Assembly: GCA_036172245.1 (NCBI GenBank)
Contig: JAYWIR010000107.1
Location: 62,001 to 126,000, forward strand
DNA: 64,000 bases
Reading direction: 5' to 3'
Source of the DNA: Raillietiella orientalis
Taxonomy: Eukaryota
Shown: positions 39,257 to 52,097 of the stretch, piece after piece
Layout: every line of letters begins with the position of its first letter
How positions within the stretch are numbered: position 1 is the stretch's first letter
Program-made: the position numbers and the translations under genes
The notes under the pieces: model-generated
What the model saw: the letters and a program-made list of their open reading frames with translations, nothing else
What the model was told of the DNA's origin: nothing
Databases searched by the model: none

Positions 39257-40615
39257 GTACAGTGCAGACGTGTTTGCGCGTCTATCCGCGCCAACGATCG
39301 GGCAACTTTGTGCCTGCGTTTTTGCTCGCACTTGTGTGTTCCTGTGCAATCTGCCAAGTAGCATAGTGCAACATGGCCAGTACACAGGATAGTGTGGAGG
39401 AGCAAGCCACTGGATGCACTTCAGCTGCACTTGAAGTGGCCGCATCCTCCGTAATGGTTTCCTCGCCCCCGGTGAGGAGTTACGCCGTTGTTACCTCCCA
39501 AAGACCAGGACCCTGCGATGCGGAGTTCCAGGCATATGTGTCATCAGGATACATGCCTGCACTCCGTTATAAGGTCAGTGGGCCACTTAACGGGAGAATC
39601 GTTCGTGAGCTCAATGATGAGCTCGTCCGGATAGGCGTTCGCGAGGAGGAACTCCTTGCCATAATGCCTGCTGGCAGGATGGAATATACGAAGATTCGGT
39701 GCAAGAACGCAGCACTTGTGCAGCGCCTTCTCCGTACGCCGTTGACCTTCAATGGCAAGGAAGTCCTACCTACCGCGATGGACGACTCTTTTGTCGTTCA
39801 ATTGTGCGACATCGAACCGGAAATCTCCGACCGCGATGTCGTAAGTGTGCTGGCGATGTTCGCCGCCGTGCACGCTCTGTGGAGGAGGCCAAATCCTCTA
39901 AAGGATTTCCCCTCTGTCCACATTGGACAAGCCTCCGCAAGGATCACCGTCGCGAACAGGCGTGTTGTGCCTGAGCAGCTGCAGGTGAACGGCACGGTCG
40001 TTCACCTGTGGTTCATAGGCCAGACTCGCGCGTGCGAGCAGTGCGGCAAGGATGGGCACCGGCGAATCGAAAGAAAGAAACATCAAAGCTTTTAAAAGCG
40101 TTGCGAAAACCGCGACCACGCACGTGCAGAAAACTGTTTTTCGGCCCCACAAAGAAGGGGTGAAAAACAAAAAAACTTGTTGCGGCAAAGCCTCCGGCTA
40201 TCGACTCGAACGAAGCTTGCGAAGAATGCGACCTTTCTACGAGACCTCCAGCCAATTGTTGAATGCAGGAGACATTGTGCTGAAGGTCAAAGAGCCTCCT
40301 ACTGTCGGCATCACTACTGGGAAGCCTCGTATCAAGGCGTCGACGAGCGACGCGGAATGCGGTCCTTCGCTCGATACGGGAAAAACGCGCCCGCGGGCAA
40401 AGAACACCGAGCCGTCTGAAGCTACCGCGGACAAGGTGCCCCAAGCGCCGAGTTCCCGGCAAATCCGTAGTTCTCGCGCGCGGACGCAGCGCCTAGTGCG
40501 GCCAAGGAAGAAACTGCGAGGGCGAGCACAACCGCTACAGCAGTGCCCCGTACGGTCGCAAAGGCAACGCGCGAACCCTCCGATCTGGAAGAGGCAGCGG
40601 CTCTCGCGATCGCTA
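39257..40615 (+). mobile_element. Family D LINE, 5' segment (ORF1 from ATG 39373)
   Basis: 5' motif AGACGTGTTT; AYVSSGYMPALRYKV; CEQCGKDGH; interrupted by G1. Confidence 0.87.
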
Positions 40616-40751
40616 AGTTTCCCTAAGTCCCACAAGGGGTGGGGTAAGTTTATTTTTCTATAAAAATACAATATTTACATTCGCACTCTCATTAACTCAA
40701 TACAAACCTTTTGCACTTGGGGGTCCTTGGGTTGCACTAGAGTTCTGCTTT

Positions 40752-43700
40752 TCAGGGGGGAATTCCAGCTGGATGGTCCCAGGCGTCGTCCTGGATCCTC
40801 TTCAGAATGCATCGGTACGTCCAGGAGTGGATCTGCCCGCAGTTCCTGATGCCGATTTCCCTCTTCAAGAGCCCTTGTAGGATCTCCATCGGTGGTGCGG
40901 CTCTCCTGGCCTTCCTCATTTTCCACCACCGCACAAGTATGGCGGTGATGAAGAGGGCTATGGTCGTCCTCACCATGGAATTGTAACAGGAAACATTACC
41001 ATCCCCATGAAACATTTTGGCGAGGATCTCCATAACTAACTTGTTGGTAAGTCCTATGATCCTTTTCAGGATCAGCCAGTCATGCAGCAGTGTGGGACAC
41101 GTCAAGACGTGGAGTCTCGTGTCGTCGTCTCCACATGCTGCGCATTCTCGGTCTTCCCTTCTTCCAGTGTAGTGCTGCAATCGGGACCCACTCTGGATTC
41201 CTCCGTAATAAAACATCAGGAGGTCATCCTGGGTGCCCGGCGGAAGGTCACTCCTCCAGAGCGTCGTGCCGATCGCTAACAGGTTGAACCGTTCACTCCC
41301 GGAGCGTACGGTGGCTTCCTGGAGGGCACTATTGTCACGGTGGTTTTCTTGGATAAGCCTTCGGAGGTTTGTTCTGGTTACCCTCGACCATGCGAAGTCG
41401 TTGTGGTTGAACCACACTTCGCGGGTCCTGTGGGTAAACCTTCCTAACATCATCTCTGTATACCGAAGTATACGAGTTTGATGTAGGTAGCCTCCTCGCC
41501 TCCACTCCTGGATTTACAGTAGGGTAAATCTGGACCGCTGGTAGATCCAGCTTCTCGTGTCCGGCGGGACAGGAAGCATCCAAGGGATCACCAGGATGGA
41601 CTCGTCCGGCCAGAGTTCCCTGCTTCGCGGCACGATCTTGATTTGGTGCTTTCGCACCAGCCGCTGCTTCCTCCTCCAGGTCGGGTCGATCGTTATCCAT
41701 TCCCCTACTTTGCCTAGCAGCGCAGTCATCAGGCCTTTCGAGTTGTTAAGCAACAACGCGTAGGCCCTGTGCGCCGCATACGGCCAGTCATCCCAGTAAG
41801 TGGCAATGTCCAGGATGTGTCGCGTATCCATGATTTCCATGGAATGTGCAAGCGACTTCATCCCGGAACCGCCTTCTTCCCTGGGACGACGCAGGGGTTT
41901 CAGTCTTACTCTTGGGCGATAGTGGCCCCAGAGTGTTTTTCTTTGCAGCTTGTCGAACTCCCTAGTAGTGTCCTTGTTCATCCTCGCGAAAACCGCCCCG
42001 AAGAGCACTTTCGGAAGGAGTACTCCGTTCCATATGTTGGCCATTCGCTTCATCCCAAGGTCCGTTCGGGTGCACTTGGCTGCTTCCTTGGCCGTTGTCC
42101 CCAGGATTTCTTTCCACAGCAGCTTCGACGCAGAGCCGTCGCCGATGTAGACTCCCAGGTACTTGGCCGTGTCCACCGTACGGAATCCACTACTTGTTAG
42201 AGTGGAGAGATCCAGGATTCCGACGGGCAAAAGCTGGTTCTTCTGGGAATTGATTTTCAAGCCCAAGCCCTGTTCCATCAGGTCCACCACATCCAGAAAC
42301 GCACGTTGATTTTTCTCTCCCCTGATGAAGAAGAGTAGATCATCGGCGTATGCCAGATAATTAAGACGCTGGCTATCGATGGTAATCCCGCTTAGTCGTC
42401 CGCTCTTCTCGATAAAGGACGACAACGCCTCCATATAGATGACGAACAGCATCGGACTTAGAGAGTCGCCCTGTCGGACTCCTCGTTCCATCCTGATTGC
42501 TGCCGTCTCCTGGCCGTTGATCTTGATCCGGCAGTACTGGTTCTGGAGTACCGCCCTCACGAAGCTGCTGAAGTGTTCCGGAAGTCCTAGCTTCTCCACA
42601 ACATTCAGCAGCATCCCGTGGTCGCTGGAGTCGAAGGCATTCTCGATGTCAGTGAACACCAGCACCAGGTTCTCGCCGACGTATCGACTGAGTACAACAG
42701 TTGCCTGGTCACACTTGACATTGTCCGACATGTGTCGTCCTGGGACTGCACATGTCTGGACCGGAGAGATCAGCCTCGACATGACCTTGCCTAAGCGGTT
42801 GGACCAGATCTTCGACAACCACTTGGCATCGGAGTTTAGGATCTAGATTGGCATCCATTGGGCGATCTGGGTAGAGTCGCCTCCTTTCTGCAGCAATCTC
42901 ATCCGACTCTCGTGCAAGGAATGAGGTAGTCTCTCTTCTTCCCGGATGCAGAAGGTCAACTGGTGGAACAAGCGCAGGTAGGTGTGCAGGTACCGTTGAT
43001 AGTGCGTGATGGGTACACTGTCAGGGCGCTCTGCCACGTCCTTACGAAGTTGCCCAAACGCAGTCTTCACCTCTTTTTCGGAGAACTGCTCCTCCATTCT
43101 CTTCCGCTGGTGGTCGTCGGTCCTCTTCTCGAGATAGCTCTAGAATGCCGGTTGACTAGAGCGACAGAGATGTTGTCGCCTGAAGTGTTTCGTGTAATGC
43201 CTGTGAAAGGCATACACGATGTCCTCAGACGACTGTCGCTTTTGGCCGTCCTACTGAGTGCAGAAGATATCAGTTGCCAGATTTCTCTTCTCCAGCACGT
43301 TGACTTCCTCTATTATGTTATTGAGGACGTACCGACTCTCGTACTGATCGAAGTACTTTGAGAGGAAGCGATCTTGGATGTTCAGCTCCAGGTACGCCTC
43401 TTGCCTCAAGCGCCTATCCCCGAACTACATGTTCGCAAACAGGTGTATCCTGTGTTTCAGGCTGTCCCAGTCGGCGACTCTTCGGATTGTTGTTGCCCTC
43501 AGAATTGCCTCCAGGACAGCCTGATGTCAGAAATGGGTTTCGAACCAGGCAGGCATGCTGATAAGCGCCGCCCTGGTGCCTTGTCTCCGCCGAGGATTCT
43601 CCGTTCTTAGGAGAAACCGCACCAGGGGGTGATCCGACACCGTAGTCATAGTGTCGCGAAACCCCTGGATGCGGTTTCCAAGTTCGGTGCTGTGCAGGAC

Positions 43701-44270
43701 GTGATCGATCGGCTTGTGGCTTGCTGTTCGCCAGACCAGTCCGAACTCGTAGGATAGCCGTCGATACGCCGTCCTTCCTCTGGCGTCTTCTGAATGAATG
43801 ATTTCATCCAAGATGTTGAGATCGCCAGCAACAATAACGACGTCCTTAGGAACGACCTTTTGCCGGAGTGCTGCATGCAGCGCCTCCGCACAACGATGTT
43901 TTAGCCTGTGCAAACCGTACACGTTCACCAGGATAAGGTGAACAGTTGCGTACCAGGCCAGTCGCACGTCGATGGTTCGTCCGGGTTGGGGACAGAACAC
44001 TTCCAGAATAGTGGGGAATAAGTGGTTCTTCATTAGCACCGCCACACCCTTCGTGTTCCGTTCTCCTTCTCTGACGAACATCTGCCCGTTGAATCGCCGT
44101 TCCATTCGCTGGCTGATCTCGAGACCCATCCTGTGGGTCTCCTGCAGGCACACAATGTCTTGTTGTGCGACGGTCCGCACAATCCTTCTTCTTTTTCCCT
44201 GGTCGACCACACCGTTTACGTTCCAGGAGGCGACGTTCATCCTCCTGGCAATCGATAGGGAAGAGGCCAT
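40752..44270 (-). pseudogene. G1 ORF2 (APE-RT-ZnF), disrupted
   Basis: ASWNVNG, CLQETH, NVYG, AGDLN, IDH, SDH; DIENAFD, GVRQGDSLSP, AYADD; CAAC..HVLTC. Confidence 0.9.
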
Positions 44271-44283
44271 AAAAGGGGAAGAC

Positions 44284-46010
44284 CTATTTTTTGGCCTTCC
44301 TGAGCTTCTTCTGTCTGAGACAGCGTGCTCTTCCAGACAATGAAGAAGCAGCGGGCTTCTCGCTGCCGGCGTCACTCTCCGTACCTGTGAGGTCGGTAAT
44401 TTCCGCCTCCTCCGTAGAGTGTTCCGCCTGCGCGATCAATTTTCGAGATAGCGCCTCTATCTCGACCTTGGCGCAGAAGTTCGCCTTCACGTCGAGAAGC
44501 TGTTCCTCTAACTTCTCGCGTTCAGCGACCTCCACAACCTGGTTGATGTTCTCTTGTACAGTGCAGATCTTCTGCAAGATTTTCTCTTGCTGAGGACCGC
44601 TCTACACCTCTATGATCTCCTCCGCCAGTGTTGCCAACTCCTCCGTGGTCTGCAGAGCCTCCTGCGACACTTGAGTGACTTCGTGTCTCTCTTCCTTCGC
44701 GCCTTCCTGCGTTACCTCCATCTTCTCGCCTTGCTGCTCTGCTGCTTCCAGGATTTGAGGAGTTCCTTGCTCCTTGACGAGCATCGTGCTCTTCCCCTTC
44801 TTTTCCACTTCTATGTAGCCGTCCGCCGACACCGGGACTTCTTCTTTCACCTTCTTCGGTCTTCCTGCCTTCTGAGGCTGTTCGGCCTCCTTGATGTTTC
44901 TCTCTCTCACGGGAGGGAGACCTCGAATCCTTCTGTAGTTTTCAAACTCAGGACAGCTCCATTTCGCATGTCCGTGTTCCTTGCAGAAGGAGCACACCTC
45001 CGGCTGCGGGCAGTTTCGGACTTGATGTCCAACTTTGCCGACAAGCGCCGGCCCTGTGGGCGAACTGCTTTCACCCGGTGCAGAAAACCGGTTGTTGCCG
45101 GTAACGCACATTCACTCCCTGGGATTGTTCGTCAATAACGGCCAATCCAAGGATCACCGCTCCCTCCCTCAACTTCATCTTGGCGATCATGTCGCCAGAA
45201 AATATGTTTCCAGAGAAGTTCTGGAAATCAAGGTCCAGAACTTCCCTAAACTGCTCCAAGTAATTCCAGACCGCTAGTTGCGGTGTGAGGATGGAGATGC
45301 CGTTTAAAAAGACGGTTGTGTATGGCATCTCGCCAATACCACAAACCATCCGTCCTTGTATATTGATCCCCTTCTGGATCAATCGCTCTCTAATGTTTTC
45401 ACAGTCTGTAAGGACTGTGAACCCGTTGTTCGATGGAATTATCGCCTGAATGCGATCAAAGTCTATGTCCGTCTTGTCGAGGGACAAATAGACCTCCCTG
45501 ATGTTAGGAAATTTTATTAGCCCGGTCTTGAAGATAATGGGCTCCACGTTGAAGCCTATTTCGACTATTGGTCGGTCCACTTTTAGAACTTTTCAGCTAA
45601 GCTGCTTACCAAATTTCCTAGGTGGGTGGACACTCGCCTGTCCAGCCGCCACCGACGCATAAGAAAAGGGCTGCGACGCCGCAGCCGAGCAAGATGGCGT
45701 CGCTCCCTGCACCGCGTGGACGCCCGCGGGTCCCGCCGGGGACGCCGCCGCCGCGGGCGCAAACCTCGATGTTGCCGCCGTTACCGCCGCGGGCGGCACC
45801 CTCGGCATCGCCGCCGCAGACGCGACCTTCCCCGCCACAAGCACGATCCTCGGCGTCGCCGCCGCGGGCACGACCTCCGCCGTCGTCGCCGCGGGCACGA
45901 CTCTTGGCATCGCCGCTGCCGGCGCAATAAAGCCAACTGCGGGCGCGATCCTCGGCATGCCTGCCGCCACCTCGCCGTTGCCTCACGTTACCTCCATGGC
46001 TTCCATGGGG
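44284..46010 (-). pseudogene. G1 ORF1, disrupted
   Basis: Ala-rich N-terminus, SYASVAA motif, GKVGHQVRNC and CSFCKEHGHAKWSC knuckles, Glu/Gln-rich coiled-coil-like tail. Start position uncertain. Confidence 0.75.
45700..45975 (-). repeat. Degenerate GC-rich repeats encoding Ala/Pro-rich units (AAAMPRV) in G1 ORF1
   Basis: Recurrent CTCGGC(A/G)TCGCCGCCGC and GCCGCGGGC units. Confidence 0.7.
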
Positions 46011-46330
46011 GACGATGGCCTTACTACTCCACCAACTCCAGATGCCTGCATCCTGGCAGCTGTTCCGAATGCTCAGGACGACTGCAGAACTTCCACCGTG
46101 GACTTCTCGGCGCTGCTGCTGATGATGATGTTGGTCCCCTGTTGCACTCTTTCCACACTGGCGTTCACTCAAACACTTGCCCTCTCAGGGCACTCAAAAA
46201 TTGCCTTGGCAGTGGTTTTAAACACTGCCTTGGCGGGGTATTGGGTATAGTTTCAAACTAGCAATAACCACGCTTCCCTTTCGTTCATCGGTTCCGATAC
46301 CGCCCGTGCGCAAGGCTCTCGCGATTGCTA

Positions 46331-49300
46331 GAGGAGTCTCTTACTCCTGCGTGGAGGCAGCACTCCAAGAGGCAGCCAAGGCAACGCCTCTTACATCCGT
46401 GGAAGCAGCGCCATCTCAGGATGGCTAAGATAACTGCGACACGAAGGAAGACGGCTGGATGCAGGTGAGAAAGATCATTAGAAAGAAACCATCAAGGTCT
46501 TCGCAGCTCTGTGTGAAGGTGAGTGGGCGAAAGAAACCCGCGATACCTTCCCAGAAAAAGATTCCGATTCTTTCCTCCTGCGCAGTCGTCCTCTCGTGGT
46601 TGGAGCGGAAAGCTGCTGCTGCGGCTAAAAAGACGAAAGTCTCAGCCGCAGTTGCAGAAAGCGCTAGGAAACAGGCAGCGAACGATTTCTCTAATTCCGG
46701 GAAACAGCAGCAGCGCCTGGCAAGCCCTCGATTGTCGGATTCTGATCGAGAGTCCGACAGAAAGAGCACACAGCGCGATAACCGCCCGAAACCGCGCAAT
46801 CGCCTCCCGAAGACCCGCAAGCGCGTGGTTGCCGACGAGGATCTGTTGCCGAGGAGCAAAGAGGAGGGGATGGACCTGACCTCAGAGCTACCGACAACAA
46901 GCAGGGCGGCTTCGAATGGAGATACCCCCTTTCCAAAATCTGCTGTTCTGTCTCGTGACCACTTACCGGACAAGGCGAGAAACCTGTGCTCACCTTCCCA
47001 GCCTTAATGCAGGAAGTCGCCTCTTTTTGTCGATTCAGCGTAGCCTGTTGGAACGTCAATGGGCTGCGTAAGGACGGAAAGAGGCGTGACGTGTCAGACA
47101 CCCTGCAACATTTTGATTTGCTGATCCTCCAGGAGATGCATTACATCTCCGATGCAGAGGTTGCGTAAATCGAACAGCGCGCGGGTGGCACCCTGTACTG
47201 GCGAGAACGTTCTGCACAATCGTGCGGCGTCGGTTTTCTCGTAAATAGTAGGATGGCGGAAGCGGTGTGCAGCGTTCGATTCGACCAGGAAGGGCGAATG
47301 GGCCAACTTGTACTCAAGTGGTCAGATTCAATCGACCTCGTCGTAACGAACGTCTACGCGCAGAGCGGCTTTCATCGGCGTGTCGAAAGAACCGAGTTCT
47401 TCGACGTGCTAGAGAGCCAATGGCTCAGAAACTTCGGAGCCAGAGTGGCGCATCTCGTAGCAGGAGACTTCAACGTCCACCTGCTTTCCAACGAGACGCG
47501 GTCCCTGGCGGAACGGTCGCGGGTGGAAGAGGCATGCGCGTCTGTGCACGCGCGTAACTTGGAAGCCGGCGAGCCTGGACTGGAAAGGTGCGTGGATCAC
47601 CTCTACCTCGCTGAACACCTACTCTCGCGAGTGGGAAGGAGAGGCAGGGTGCCGTCCACGTTATCGGACCATGATATGCTGGAGTTCGAGGGGCTCCCGC
47701 CGGGCAAGAGACCTCTAAACAATGTTTGGAGGATGCCGACGGATTGGCTGAGTCACCCGGAAACGGCGAAGCATCTTCGCCAGTTCCTTTGCGGCTTTGC
47801 CATCCGGGAACTCGCAGACTGGGACCATCTTAAAAGATCGGTTCCCGAGTTTTGCGACCGGTTCCCCCTTCACCTGCTACCACGTAGCTCCGGGGAAGGC
47901 GTGGCCAATAGCAGAGCATTTCTGCAGGCGCGCACCTTCTCGAGACGTGCGGAATTCCGGCAACTCGCAGAGTACAAGGCGAGGGCCGAGCGCCAGGTCT
48001 GGCAGTCTGGAGAGGCTATTCTGCTCGACGACGAAGGCCGGGAATGCGCGGCTCCTGCCGAAGTGCGGCGAGCACCAAAGCGTCACTTCTCCTTGCTCTA
48101 CGCTAATTCCCCGACGGAAAGAGTCCTCTCCGAACAACTTTTGCCGCGGGCTGCACATGGCATCGGCGAGGAGGAACGCGATCGTCTGGACGAGCCCTAC
48201 ACGTTGGAGGAAGTTTCTTCCGCCATCGCAGGACTCAAGAGACGGGAGACGGCAGGTGACGACGGACTGCATGCGGAGTTCTAGCAGAGCTTCGCGGCGG
48301 AAATCGCCCCACTGGTTCTTAGAATCTCGACGCTGATCAGAGTGACGGGCGATGTCCTTTCTTCCTTCCGCTCAGCAAGGGTGCGTCTCCTTCCGAAAGG
48401 AGGGGATCTGCGCCAACTCAACAACTGGCGTCCGATCACATTAGTAAATACGGACGTCAAGTTGTTTTCGAAGCTGTGGGTCACGCGTTTAGGGAAAGTC
48501 GCGGAGTCCGTGGTAAGCCCGGAGCAGTCTTACGCTGTACCGGGTAGATCCATGGTTGCGAACCTTCTTTTCGCGCGCACCTGGTGGCAGCTTCAAGAGC
48601 GCGTTGCAGCGGATAGCCGAACAGCGTGCCAGTGCGGACGGACGACTGAAAGGCCGGAAGCCTTGGCACTAGCAGTAGATTTGCACAAAGCATTGGAATG
48701 CGTAAAGCAGGAACTCCTCTTGGAGCTGCTGGAGCGTATTGGGCTTCCGAATCATCTTCTCCTATATTTGCGCTCCTGCTGGCGCCACGCGATTATCAAC
48801 TTGTATTTCAGTGGCTCCCGTGCTTACGGAGTGGCCGTGCGCAGAGGCATCAGACAGGGCGACAGCTTAAGCACGTTGCTCTTCAGCATCTACTTTGAGT
48901 TGGTGCTAAAAGCGTACAGGCTAACGCTGGCCGTCCTTCCCAGCGCCTTTCCGTGCACTCGGTCCACGGCAGCATACGCCGACGACCTTCTGCTTCTGTT
49001 GCCTATGTCTACTCTGCCTGACTCGGTCCAAGACTTCTTCGAGTTGATCCGTCGTGGAGCGGGCATGAGCGTTAACAGAGCGAAGTGCTCCGTCGTGCCG
49101 GTGGGTGCGTCGTGGGAGGGACAGGCCGACTGGATCCGCCTGGGGATCCCCACGGTCAGGTACTTCAAATAAATTGGCGTACCGTTGGGCGACTTCTGCT
49201 CGTATGAATCGTGGTCGGCCTGTCTTCAAAAAACAGAGATGGCTATAGGCCCTTTTTTGGAAGGCAAGTTCGTCTTGCGGGAAAGGGCGTGCTTATCGGA

Positions 49301-50803
49301 TACTTTCGTTGCCCTCCTTCTCCGCCCCTTATTTTTTGTTTGCTAGCCTCCCTATGTGGTTAAACTCCGGGCGCAGCGTCTCTCACGTAAGGTCTTGTAA
49401 GGCTCTGCGCGATCCAGGGTTCGCCTCAAAGATTTGGTCGCGCCATGCCAGGACGCAGGCCTGATCATCCTGACCATCCAGAAGATTGGACTGCAAGTGC
49501 AGTTCCGGCTTCTATCCCTATGTGGAAAATTGTGGTCTAGTCACTGGTGTGCTCAGGCTCGCCATATTCTCCAGCGATGTGTCGGCAGTGCAGGATTGCT
49601 TTCGTTGCTGCCGCGCAACCTTCGCCGGAGAACTGGATTTGGCTACCCACTGAGGCACTTGTCCTCGTTGCTGTTAGCCCATTCCTGGATTTCGTGCCGC
49701 CCCTCCAATTGGAATGCTTGGCAGCAGAAAGCTCTGGAGCACTGGACTTCAACTTTGGATGTGCGCGCAGAGCAACTGCGACCCTTACAGGGCCTCTTAC
49801 TCAAACCGCTAGGAATGATCCTACAGGACTGGTCGCTTTGGTCCCGGATAGTCGTCTCACCCATCGCCGCAGCGCTGTCTTCTTTCAGGGCAAACAACGA
49901 CAGTAGCCAACCGGTAAGGTGGGAGTTCTTCTGCAGCATTGCAGGAGTGAGAAGACTGCTGAGCGTCTGCAGAACGAGCGTGTTGGTAGACGCTGCCACT
50001 CCTCGTTACCCGGCAAAGGGACTTCTTCGTTGGAGTGAGGTTCTTGGATCACTCCTCGAAGATCTCGTGGTCCCTTCCTTGTGTGTGGACAGCTCCGTGT
50101 TCCCGCTTCGATGGAAGCAGGATGTTCTTCTTTTTCTGCAATGGGGATTCCAGTGCAATAAGCGCAGAAACTTGGTTACAGGGGGAGTCGTCTCCCCGAA
50201 CTGCCTCAGGTGCGAGGCGATAGAATCGCTTACGCACCTGCTCCTTGAGTGTAGTGACTTGCGGGAGTTATAACGGAGACTTGCTTCGGCACTTCGTCGT
50301 CCTCAGGACACTGTCACAGACCTGCTTTGACGCTTCTTCAGAAAAGACGGACTGGATAGAGGTGCTGTTATCGCAACAATCTCTTGCATCCGCGCCATCG
50401 TGATGGCCCGCCGTAAACTAGAAGGAAGCTCGCAGCGAACGGAGGCCGCCAGAATCGCTGCGAACCTTATGAAAGCAGCTGTCAGGTGGCCTCATCTGCC
50501 CAGAAAAGTCTCCAGGGAAGTCGCCATTGTCAAACAGCGCTTCTAGAAAGATTCGGAATGTTTACTACGAAAGATCCTTGACCCCACCCTCCACTGTTTT
50601 TTTTTTGTTTGTTTCCTTATGTTTTGTTTATTCTGCAGACCTCTCCCTCCGTCCCTTTCTTTTGGAAGGCACCCTGCGTGCCGGTGATATTTCTGAACTG
50701 AACTTACTGTATGGGCGTTTCTTGTTTCTCGAAAGGATGAATTTGCCTTGAAGATTGTGGTTCGTTTTTACAAATAAACGTCCCGGCGCAACCGGGTTCA
50801 AAA
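46331..50803 (+). mobile_element. Family D LINE, 3' segment (ORF1 tail, ORF2, 3' end)
   Basis: TAATG overlap at 47005; ACWNVNG, AGDFN, SDH, WRPIT, AYADD, CLRC..HLLLEC; terminus AATAAA-CGT-CCCGG-CGCAA-CCGGG-TTCAAAA. Confidence 0.92.
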
Positions 50804-51823
50804 CGCATTAGCGAGGAAAGGCTTAGCACCAGGAAGACGAGCTCCGCCGCCAAGCACTGAAAGAACTCCTCGGGCAGGCCATCCTCCCCAGGCGCCTTAT
50901 GCCTCTTGAGGCCTGCTATGTCGGAAGATACTTCTTCCGCCGTGGAGGGCCAATCCAATCTGGCGCGTTCCTTCTCGTCGATAGCAGGGTTGCCCGTCGG
51001 AAGAAGCAGCTCGGAGAGACTGCGTTCCGTGGGCTCCTCCACGTACAACGAGGAGTAGTAGCGCTTGACTACGCGGTGAACTTCGGCTGCAGTCGAGCAT
51101 TCCTGGCCAGCGTCATCGAGCAGACAAGCCGCTCCAGACTGCCAATCCTGGCGCTCGGCCCTGGCCTCATACTCCGCCAGACGCCGGACGTCCGGGCATC
51201 GTGAAAAGGTACGCGCCTGCAGATAGGATCTGCTGTTCGCGACACCCTCCCCGAAGCCGCGGGAAAGCAGGTGCAAGGGGAACCGGCAGCAGAACTCGCG
51301 GACCGATCTTTTCAGATCGTCCCAGTCCTCGAGTTCATAGATGGCGAAGCCCCGGAGGTGTTGGCGGAGATGCTCCGCCGCCTCCGAATTGCTAAGCCAG
51401 TCGGCCGGCAACCTCCAGGCATTCATCGGAGGCCCTTTTCCAGGCGGGAGGAGCTCGAACTCCAGTCTAGGGTGATCCGAAATTTAGGGCAGCAGGCGCC
51501 CTCTCCGACCTACTCGTGAGAGCAGGTGTTCATCGAGGAACGCATGGTCCGGCGATCTCTCCATCCCGGGCTCACCAGCAAGCAAGTTTTGCACGCGCAC
51601 GGACGCGCATACCTCGCTCAGCAGTTGCTTCTCCCTCAAGCGGCATCTCTCCTCTGTTAGCAGGTGGACGTTGAAGTCTCCTGCAAGGAGGTGCGCCACG
51701 TTAGGGCCAGAGTCAGCGAGCCAGCGGCTGCGCTGGCCACCCAGGAATGCAAGTCGCTGGGCGTAATGCCGGCCGCCGCTCTGCGCGTAGATGTTCGTAA
51801 CGAACAGGTCGATCGATTTGGAC
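50804..51823 (-). mobile_element. LINE fragment (APE C-half to RT start), probably the 5' part of H
   Basis: NIYAQ, AGDFN, WRLPADW, KAPGEDGLP; ends LSLSSLMR, which abuts ETGDV at 29005. Confidence 0.8.
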
Positions 51824-52095
51824 ACTCTCGTAGAGACACTGTGGAAGTCTTCCTTCTTTGCGGATGCAGAGGGTAAACTAGTGGAACAAACGCAGGAAGG
51901 CATGCAGGTACCGCTGATAGTGAGTGATGGGTATGCTGTCAGGGCCCGATGCCACGTCCTTGCGTAGTTGACCAAACGCAGTCTTCACCTCGTCTTCGGA
52001 GAATTCCTCCTCCAGTCTGTTCCGCTGGAGATCGTCGGTCGTCTTCTCGAGGTAGCTCAGAAAGGCCTGTTGACTAGAGTGACAGAGATGTGCAT
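51824..52095 (-). mobile_element. Internal fragment of a second family G copy (G2)
   Basis: FSEDEVKTAFGQLRKDVASGPDSIPITHYQRYLH matches G1 42905-43170. Confidence 0.88.
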
Positions 52096-52097
52096 CT

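Larger units (their letters stand above)
40616..46313 (-). mobile_element. Divergent full-length LINE G1 (~5.7 kb) with 17-bp TSD
   Basis: TSD GGCTCTCGCGAT(C/T)GCTA at 40599-40615 and 46314-46330; its own ORF1 and ORF2; AATAAA plus hairpin at 40654-40629. Confidence 0.93.

Noticed and set aside
40621..40626. TTAGGG telomeric repeat at the G1 3' end
   Set aside because: A single hexamer with no array.
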